DNA of 64,000 nt from an uncultured Gammaproteobacteria bacterium. GTDB lineage: Bacteria > Patescibacteriota > Microgenomatia > Levybacterales > UBA12049. The position numbers and the translations under genes were made by a program. Every line of letters starts with the position of its first letter. The stretch's first letter is position 1. The stretch spans positions 833,955-897,954 of the forward strand of contig OZ246394.1 of assembly GCA_965230895.1 (NCBI GenBank), in the 5' to 3' direction. Below are positions 57,643 through 64,000 of this stretch, piece by piece. The notes under the pieces are model-generated. The model did no database searches. It had not been told where the DNA came from and worked only from the letters and a program-made list of their open reading frames with translations.

Positions 57643-59880
57643 TTAAATATATTTACTTGTCAATGAATTCTTTGCTTCTTTGAGATCTTTTGGAGTTCCT
57701 TCGAACATTACTTCCCCACCTTTATGGCCACCTTCAGGACCCATATCGATGATCCAGTCAGCATTTCTTATAACATCCAAATTATGCTCGATCACAACGA
57801 CAGTATTTCCTGCATCAACCAAACGATTCATAATAGTGAGCAAATGCTCAATGTCACTCATGTGCAGACCAGTTGTCGGTTCGTCCATCACATAAATACT
57901 TCCCTTTTTGTGGAGTTCACTCGCCAATTTAATCCTTTGGCATTCTCCACCAGATAATGTATTTAATGGTTGCCCCAATTTGATGTATGTTAATCCTACA
58001 TCGTTCATCGCCTGCAATTTCTTCTTCACTTCTTTCAGTTCAAAGAATTCTAAAGCTTCAACGACAGTCATATCCAGAACATCTGCAATGGATTTACCAT
58101 GCAGTTTGTATTCCAACACTTCATCTTTAAATCGTTTTCCCTGGCAAATGTCACATGGTGTTTTAACTCCTTCAAGAAATGCCAAATCTGTATACACAAC
58201 TCCTTGACCCTGGCAGTTCTCACAAGCACCTTTGGAATTGAAACTAAACAATCCCGGTTGCACTTTATTGGCATCTGCAAAAGCTTTGCGGACATCATCC
58301 ATAATTCCAGTATACGTTGCTGGATTACTTCGTGAATTTGCGCCAACTGCTGATTGGTCGATGACAATTGCATCAGGATGTTGTTTGAGGAAGACTTGAT
58401 GAATTAAGGAACTCTTACCGGATCCTGCAACCCCTGTGACAGCGGTTAAAATACCTGTTGGGATATCTACACTAACATCCTTTAAATTATTTGCCTTTGC
58501 ATTTTTGATACTCAATGCTCCAGTGGCTTTTCTAAAAGAATCTTTAATTGGCATCTGTTGATTAAGATGCGTCCCGGTTAATGTATCTGATTTGAGAAGC
58601 TCTTCCAAGCTTCCTTCGAAGACAACTTTTCCACCACCACTTCCGGCTTTTGGTCCGACATCAATGACATGATCTGCGACTTTGATAACATCTGGATCAT
58701 GTTCGACGACGATGACTGTGTTTCCTTTGTCTCGAAGCTTCTTTAATAAATCGTTTAAGCGATGAACATCCCGAGGATGAAGACCAACACTTGGTTCGTC
58801 AAAGATATACATGACATCGATCAGACTTGAACTCAAATGCTTCACCATTTTTATACGCTGTGATTCTCCACCGGATAACGTATCGGTTTCGCGGTTCAAA
58901 CTCAGATATCCCAAACCAATATCCACAACATGCTGCAGGCGCTCTTTCAAAGTCTTAATCATTGATTCTGCCATTGGCTCATCGATCTTTTCGACTTCTT
59001 TGATCAAATCTCCAACTTCCATTGCAGCAAGTTCTGCAATATTTTTGCCGTTAATTTTAGATGCTAAAACCTTTTTATTAAGACGAGCTCCATGACACTC
59101 GTTACATGGACCATATTCGAGATATGGAGCAACTGCTTTCTGTGTTCTTTCAGAAAGTGTTTTTAAATCTCTTTTGATGTATGAACGAGTAAGCTTTTCG
59201 ATAATTCCCAAATATGTAGCATTCATAGTATTGCTTCCAATTTGTAATTTAAACTTTCTGTCTTTTCCATTCATAAGAAGATCCATTTCTTCTTCGGTAA
59301 AGTCTTTCAGCTTTTTGTCATTATCAAAGAAACCTGATCCTTTATATGCTTCTTTTTCCCAACCAGAAAAGAGAGGAACTTGTATAGCATCTTCATTAAG
59401 AGATTTTTCCATATCTAGGAAGCCTGCAGTATTAAACTGAATTTTCTTTCCCAATCCATTACATTCAGGACACATTCCTTGTGGATCGTTGAATGAATAA
59501 ACATTGGAGAAGCCAGCAGATGGATGACCAACTCTCGAAAAAAGTAATCGAAGGATCGTGTAAATATCAGTGATCGTTCCCATTGTAGAATGAGATCCAC
59601 CACCCATTCTTTTCTGGTCAACCATAATTGTCATACTGAGGTTTTCAATTGCATCCACTTCAGGTTGAGAATACTTCGGGAGGAAGTTGCGGACGAACAT
59701 ACTGAACGTTTCGTACTCTTGTCTCTTTGCTTCAGTTGCAATCGTGTCAAAAACAATTGAAGATTTTCCACTTCCTGAAACTCCAGTAAAAATATTGATT
59801 TTGCGCTTTGGGATCTGAAGAGAGATATCTTTGAGATTATTTTCGCGCGCACCTTTAAGGACGATGTATTCTTGATTCAT
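57643..59880 (-). CDS. UvrA-family ABC ATPase, short (class II-like, 745 aa)
   Basis: Two ABC cassettes with zinc-finger insertions (CPECNGLG, CENCQGQG). The protein is ~200 aa shorter than canonical UvrA. Confidence 0.9.
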   Translation of the reverse strand: MNQEYIVLKGARENNLKDISLQIPKRKINIFTGVSGSGKSSIVFDTIATEAKRQEYETFSMFVRNFLPKYSQPEVDAIENLSMTIMVDQKRMGGGSHSTMGTITDIYTILRLLFSRVGHPSAGFSNVYSFNDPQGMCPECNGLGKKIQFNTAGFLDMEKSLNEDAIQVPLFSGWEKEAYKGSGFFDNDKKLKDFTEEEMDLLMNGKDRKFKLQIGSNTMNATYLGIIEKLTRSYIKRDLKTLSERTQKAVAPYLEYGPCNECHGARLNKKVLASKINGKNIAELAAMEVGDLIKEVEKIDEPMAESMIKTLKERLQHVVDIGLGYLSLNRETDTLSGGESQRIKMVKHLSSSLIDVMYIFDEPSVGLHPRDVHRLNDLLKKLRDKGNTVIVVEHDPDVIKVADHVIDVGPKAGSGGGKVVFEGSLEELLKSDTLTGTHLNQQMPIKDSFRKATGALSIKNAKANNLKDVSVDIPTGILTAVTGVAGSGKSSLIHQVFLKQHPDAIVIDQSAVGANSRSNPATYTGIMDDVRKAFADANKVQPGLFSFNSKGACENCQGQGVVYTDLAFLEGVKTPCDICQGKRFKDEVLEYKLHGKSIADVLDMTVVEALEFFELKEVKKKLQAMNDVGLTYIKLGQPLNTLSGGECQRIKLASELHKKGSIYVMDEPTTGLHMSDIEHLLTIMNRLVDAGNTVVVIEHNLDVIRNADWIIDMGPEGGHKGGEVMFEGTPKDLKEAKNSLTSKYI

Positions 59881-59909
59881 AGGAGAGTGGAAAAATTATA
59901 TCACAGATA

Positions 59910-60266
59910 TTATTTTGAAGAGGTTTCTTTTTGCCAAGGCCAGCGACCTTCAATTTCCATATCAAAAGTTATACTGAGGAATGAACGGATTACCACAATC
60001 ACAGCTAAAACCCCTACGCTTGTAAAGCTTGGCTCTCCAGTAACAGAACGGATGATATCTCCTGCAACAAGGAATTCTAATCCAAGCAGAATACAACGAC
60101 CAAGATTCTTTCTAAACGATTTATAAAGAAATGTATAGGATTTACCGTCAAAGAATTCTATCCCTACAAGTATTATTGATGCTACAACTCCGACGATAAT
60201 GACAAACACACCAACTAAATCTAATATTTCTCCTGCTATTTGGGCTAAAGCTAATGGATCAAACAT
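59910..60266 (-). CDS. DUF1622 family membrane protein
   Basis: MFDPLALAQIAGEILDLVGVFVIIVGV… pattern; start at the ATG with a GAGGAC SD. Confidence 0.5.
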   Translation of the reverse strand: MFDPLALAQIAGEILDLVGVFVIIVGVVASIILVGIEFFDGKSYTFLYKSFRKNLGRCILLGLEFLVAGDIIRSVTGEPSFTSVGVLAVIVVIRSFLSITFDMEIEGRWPWQKETSSK

Positions 60267-60333
60267 AAAAGTCCTCACTATTAAGAGTGGCAAAGAACAG
60301 CAATTTTGTCAAATAGAACTGAGCAAAAAGATT

Positions 60334-60520
60334 TTGGATTTGCGGAAACATGTGGTATACTGGATGTACTCCAAAGGGGAGTAACTGACGATCACTTGAT
60401 CGGAGATAGAATCAACATCACGAACACTGGTTCTATCAGCTAATTTTAGCTCCAGCCAGACCTTTGGCCTATTTTCGCATACGCGAGAAGATGAGGCCGA
60501 AGGTTTTTTTGTTTTTAACC
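60334..60520 (+). ncRNA. candidate sRNA or cis-regulatory leader with promoter (TTGGAT-16-TATACT) and strong intrinsic terminator, upstream of the zinc-ribbon gene
   Basis: Several hairpins (UACUCC/GGAGUA, GAUAGAAUC/GGUUCUAUC, AGCUAA/UUAGCU) followed by ACCUUUGGCC-N25-GGCCGAAGGU and UUUUUUUGUUUUU. Confidence 0.4.
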
Positions 60521-60566
60521 CCACAGCCTCATTAATACATTCTTACTATGAAAGGAGGTGATACAC

Positions 60567-60821
60567 ATGAAATGTCCAGTAGACGGAGCAGAACTAAAAG
60601 TATCTGATCGCGAAGGAGTCGAAATCGATTATTGTCCAAAATGTCGTGGGATTTGGTTGGATCGTGGAGAGCTCGACAAAATTATCGATAGATATGACGG
60701 CGGCAACATGAACGATGAGGATGATCGTCGTGGTGGTCGTAGAAACAATCGAAACGATGACGATGAAGAAGGCGGATTTTTGGGTAATATATTCGGCGGA
60801 TTCGGAGGTCGTGACGACTAA
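60567..60821 (+). CDS. TFIIB-type zinc-ribbon protein with Gly/Arg/Asp-rich tail
   Basis: CPVDG…CPKCRGIWLDRGELDKII (zf-TFIIB-like) and SD GGAGGTG. Confidence 0.6.
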   Translation: MKCPVDGAELKVSDREGVEIDYCPKCRGIWLDRGELDKIIDRYDGGNMNDEDDRRGGRRNNRNDDDEEGGFLGNIFGGFGGRDD

Positions 60822-60873
60822 TAAAATATTTTTATGTCCGGTGCTGGTAGTGTATTGTTATCAGCACCGGATA

Positions 60874-61221
60874 TTATTTCCAGCGAGAAGTTACTTCTTC
60901 TTCTGACGAAACAAATAAATAATCTCCCTGCTTATTACTTTCATAAATAAATGCCTTTAAACTCTCACTCTTATATTTTGAAAAGTCACCGATAATTGCC
61001 AAGCGAACATGATAGTTACTAAATTTCTGCAAAACATCACCTAATTTCTTTGTACTTAGGTCAAAGAAGTCTTTTCCGAAATTGTACTCATGAAGAATAA
61101 TGAAATCAGAAGATGCACTTGCCATAATATCTAATGCGTCGTCAGTATTTGAAATTAAGACATCTTTTGAAGTAACTTCACATATTTCAACACCATGGTT
61201 ATGGATAACTCTCATGTCCAT
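60874..61221 (-). CDS. DUF4180 family protein
   Basis: …DALDIMASA…IILHEYNFGKDFFDLSTKKLGDVLQKFSNYHVRLAIIGDFSKY…FIYESNK matches my recollection of DUF4180. Confidence 0.5.
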   Translation of the reverse strand: MDMRVIHNHGVEICEVTSKDVLISNTDDALDIMASASSDFIILHEYNFGKDFFDLSTKKLGDVLQKFSNYHVRLAIIGDFSKYKSESLKAFIYESNKQGDYLFVSSEEEVTSRWK

Positions 61222-61246
61222 AGAAAAATTGTAACATATACAGCAA

Positions 61247-61615
61247 TTATTTTTTTTGCTCTTCGAGGTAGGTTTTGAGTCGGAGGGAAACTATTTTGCG
61301 GATCAATGGCAATGGTAAAGGCTTATTCATTGGAAATTGTATTGTCCCTTTTCCGGATGTATTATATTCTGCACTTTCAGGAAACTTCTCAATCATTTCA
61401 TTTGTAAAAGGATAAAGAGAAATATGTTTTTTCCATGCAGCAAAATAAATAATATAATCACCATTGAGAAAAAATGTCGGCATATTATAACGAATACCTT
61501 CTTCTACATTTGGGATTTCCTCTTCGATAGTTTTTTTTAATGTACGGAGGATAGGTTGTACATCATCGGGAAATGTCTTTATATAATTATCAATTGTTGC
61601 AATTTCGTTTGCCAT
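61247..61615 (-). CDS. DUF1801 (YdhG-like) protein
   Basis: IDNYIKTFPDDVQPILRTLKKTIEEEIPNVEEGIRYNMPTF pattern. Confidence 0.65.
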   Translation of the reverse strand: MANEIATIDNYIKTFPDDVQPILRTLKKTIEEEIPNVEEGIRYNMPTFFLNGDYIIYFAAWKKHISLYPFTNEMIEKFPESAEYNTSGKGTIQFPMNKPLPLPLIRKIVSLRLKTYLEEQKK

Positions 61616-61691
61616 AAAGTAGAACAACTATTAAAATCTTGGCTGGCACTACTGGACTATGTAGGAACTTTCTATAGAACAACTAATGATG

Positions 61692-62327
61692 TCATATTTT
61701 GCTAAAAAAGTACTTAAATAGTTCTCTATTTGCATCCTCATCAAATTGAAGATAAACAGTATCATTTACTTTGATTATTTTATCTTTATTTTCTATTGAT
61801 TCATTAATAGTCTTCAGAAGATCCATTTTTTTCTCAAATAACATATTTGCTTGCTCGATCCAGTCGTATTTACTTTTATTATTCCAGGATAACGTCATTC
61901 CAGCGAAGTCATCTGCATCAATTTCGGTTGGTGGCTTTTTTAAGAGAAAGCTCAGAAGACGATCTTTATAAAAAGATTTTATATTGCTCGCTCGCTGTTG
62001 GACGTGCTTTAATTCATGAGAGATTACGTGATCCGGGTCATACTTATCTATAGCTGCTGTTCCAATCCAACTAATAAGCTTCACATCATTAACGAATAAG
62101 TCCTCAAGTTCGCTAATCTCTGGATATAATCGCTTAAGCCATTGAAACTCTTCTTTCGGAATTAACACAGCTGGAGTATGTTCTCCTAAGGATAGTTCTA
62201 TATCTCCATAGAACCTGGACTGATATAAAGCTACCTCAATATTTACATCTTTGAAATATTGATCGTTTAAGTTCAAAGCCCGACCAATAACAACTGGATC
62301 TACATCATTTATTTTTTTTATTTTCAT
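61692..62327 (-). CDS. hypothetical protein with HExxH motif
   Basis: SHELKHVQQ; AT-rich gene. Confidence 0.35.
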   Translation of the reverse strand: MKIKKINDVDPVVIGRALNLNDQYFKDVNIEVALYQSRFYGDIELSLGEHTPAVLIPKEEFQWLKRLYPEISELEDLFVNDVKLISWIGTAAIDKYDPDHVISHELKHVQQRASNIKSFYKDRLLSFLLKKPPTEIDADDFAGMTLSWNNKSKYDWIEQANMLFEKKMDLLKTINESIENKDKIIKVNDTVYLQFDEDANRELFKYFFSKI

Positions 62328-62388
62328 AATTTAAAACTTATACTACATACCCAGGGTTATCTCTAAAAACGCAACTTCCATCTCAATA

Positions 62389-63240
62389 TTAACTTGGATA
62401 TCCTTCCACTGACATTGCACTGTAAATCAACATCAAGTCTTTTGCAGTACGGTTTCTATCAATTATTCTTTTAATTTCATCATATCGATCATAATATTGT
62501 TTTAAGAATAAAGCCATGCTTACAAAGCAAGAGGTAAGAGCAACACTTATCATATTAATCTGGTTTTCTCTTCCATGAATACTTTCAAGTTCATGTAAAG
62601 TTGTTAAATCTGTATGTACACTTGCAGATAAATGACTATATATATCATCATAGAGATATTCATTAAAGTTTGCAGCCAAAGCAATAGTTTTCCAACCCCC
62701 TTTAGGCTTCCAATCAAAATATTTAATCTTTTTTGATATAACTTTTGTATGCTCCTTTGGAGAAATATTTGCAGATAAAAACTTAGATATTTTAATTTGT
62801 CGGATTATTTTATTAATTTGTTTTCTTTCGGCTTTTTGTGTTTGCCTAATAAGTTCAGTTGGAGCATTTATTTTTTGTCTATTAACTAAGTACGTTAGCT
62901 CCCAAAGTTTCCATCGAAGTTTCTTCTCATACAGCTTTCTATTATCAAAATACATATAAAACATTGTCAAATATGCTTCTTGTGCAGCCCGGGAAAGTAC
63001 ATTAATTGAATGAAAATCCATATAGTTTACTTGCGTATCTAAGTAGGAAATCGAAGGTTTGGTAAATTCCATTAAATCAGCAATACTAAGCAAATGGGTA
63101 GAGAACTTTAAGGATATTTTCTCCATATCCACGATCCATTCCGTATTTCTATCAACAACTATCCCCTTATTTCCTTCAATTACATCTAAACAAGCTGCTA
63201 ATAAAATGTGATATGCTTCAATCTTTTGCTCGTATGTCAT
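62389..63240 (-). CDS. hypothetical protein
   Basis: ORF in the AT-rich block; no motif. Confidence 0.35.
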   Translation of the reverse strand: MTYEQKIEAYHILLAACLDVIEGNKGIVVDRNTEWIVDMEKISLKFSTHLLSIADLMEFTKPSISYLDTQVNYMDFHSINVLSRAAQEAYLTMFYMYFDNRKLYEKKLRWKLWELTYLVNRQKINAPTELIRQTQKAERKQINKIIRQIKISKFLSANISPKEHTKVISKKIKYFDWKPKGGWKTIALAANFNEYLYDDIYSHLSASVHTDLTTLHELESIHGRENQINMISVALTSCFVSMALFLKQYYDRYDEIKRIIDRNRTAKDLMLIYSAMSVEGYPS

Positions 63241-63251
63241 TTTTAATATAT

Positions 63252-63806
63252 TTATTTTCTGAGTTTTTCGACAATCATTCTGTCGCGTCGTTTAATTGCC
63301 ATTACTTCTCCATAAATCTTATCAATAAGCTCTTGAGGAACATCTTGTGGAATGCCTTCCTTTAGTTTTTCAGCAAATCGAATTGCCATCTTCGCTCTTT
63401 CCTGAAGTTGTTGTGGTAAGTCTCCAAGTTTCAAATGGTGATCGGCTTTTTTGTATCCATACTTCTCGTATTTTTGAAAAAAAGAATTGATATCCTTTAC
63501 ATATTTACTGCTACCCCCTGGATTGCGTGTATATAAAATGAATTCTTCATAACGGAAGCCAACGTTAACTATAAAATCTTGCTTAAAAATAGGCTCCTTT
63601 AATTTATGATGGTATGTGTAAACACCAATTACTTCATCCCCGGTGGGAGGGTAAGATGTCACGATCATAGCAGGTGAAACAAACTTTTCTGGATAAATAT
63701 TTTTTAGAGCTCGGAAAAAATCAGGATGTTTTTTACACCAGTTTACAAGCTCTTCGGAGAAAGGCTGTAGTTCAAGTATTACCTCTTCTAATGTAATCTT
63801 AGGCAT
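63252..63806 (-). CDS. hypothetical protein
   Basis: ORF lying 11 bp upstream of the next gene and 17 bp downstream of ispH. Confidence 0.35.
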   Translation of the reverse strand: MPKITLEEVILELQPFSEELVNWCKKHPDFFRALKNIYPEKFVSPAMIVTSYPPTGDEVIGVYTYHHKLKEPIFKQDFIVNVGFRYEEFILYTRNPGGSSKYVKDINSFFQKYEKYGYKKADHHLKLGDLPQQLQERAKMAIRFAEKLKEGIPQDVPQELIDKIYGEVMAIKRRDRMIVEKLRK

Positions 63807-63823
63807 AATTTTTTATAATTATA

Positions 63824-64000
63824 CTACTTTAATCTTACTGGCAATCGAGGGAATTTCTCTGTTTCTTCCACGCCATCAACAAATTTTATACCTCTTTGCG
63901 GATCCAATCGAGACATAATATCTAATATCTGCTCTCCCGGGGTTGATGCAGCTGCAGTAATCCCGACTACAGTATCTTCAACCTCCCTTGGAAGTTCCTC
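63824..64000 (-). CDS. ispH: C-terminal fragment of 4-hydroxy-3-methylbut-2-enyl diphosphate reductase (IspH/LytB-like); 5' part outside the window
   Basis: …VVGITAAASTPGEQILDIM… resembles the IspH GITAGASTP C-terminal motif. Confidence 0.4.
   Translation of the reverse strand, partial: EELPREVEDTVVGITAAASTPGEQILDIMSRLDPQRGIKFVDGVEETEKFPRLPVRLK

Noticed and set aside
1-64000. Search for CRISPR arrays, rRNA, tRNA, transposases or integrases
   Set aside because: No regularly spaced direct repeats, no rRNA-like conserved stretches, no cloverleaf candidates and no DDE/tyrosine-recombinase ORFs were seen by eye. An automated scan could still find a tRNA I missed.

Overview
The window is 64 kb of a low-GC bacterial chromosome, densely coded on both strands, with strong GGAGG-type ribosome-binding sites. 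Its most striking feature is a 6.8-kb gene for a secreted RHS/YD-repeat polymorphic toxin resembling a fused TcB/TcC pair. That protein has an N-terminal SpvB-like motif, FG-GAP-like repeats, a long run of YD repeats, and an RHS core ending in NPVKYTDPSGH before a ~190-aa C-terminal domain I cannot assign. A tandem ~570-bp in-frame duplication inside the shell encodes two β-sandwich (lectin-like) modules, and a small candidate immunity gene lies directly downstream. The first 9 kb is a cell-envelope glycosylation cluster (three GT-C/GT39-like membrane glycosyltransferases and an acyltransferase-3 with a new C-terminal domain). Elsewhere there are a Cu-type CsoR-DUF305-DUF4396 trio, lon with a CIRCE-like palindrome over its promoter, and an unusual operon of small Thr-rich secreted peptide, sortase and receiver domain. 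There are also a stress-protein trio (KGG/YciG-like, GlsB/YeaQ/YmgE, YtxH-like), two histidine kinase/response regulator sets next to GH13/GH18/GH5 hydrolases, and a D,D-carboxypeptidase. A riboflavin locus (ribK, ribH, ribE, a histidine phosphatase) includes an apparent FMN riboswitch driving an EamA/DMT transporter, a predicted riboflavin importer. The remainder holds two paralogous Pro/Thr-rich surface proteins, hflX, an MFS transporter, gltS, a short UvrA-like ATPase, and an AT-rich block of unassigned genes next to a partial ispH. Additional ncRNA/regulatory candidates are an sRNA-like or leader element with an intrinsic terminator upstream of a zinc-ribbon gene and leaderless-type promoters for htpX and the GH18 gene. 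I found no rRNA, tRNA, CRISPR array or transposase.
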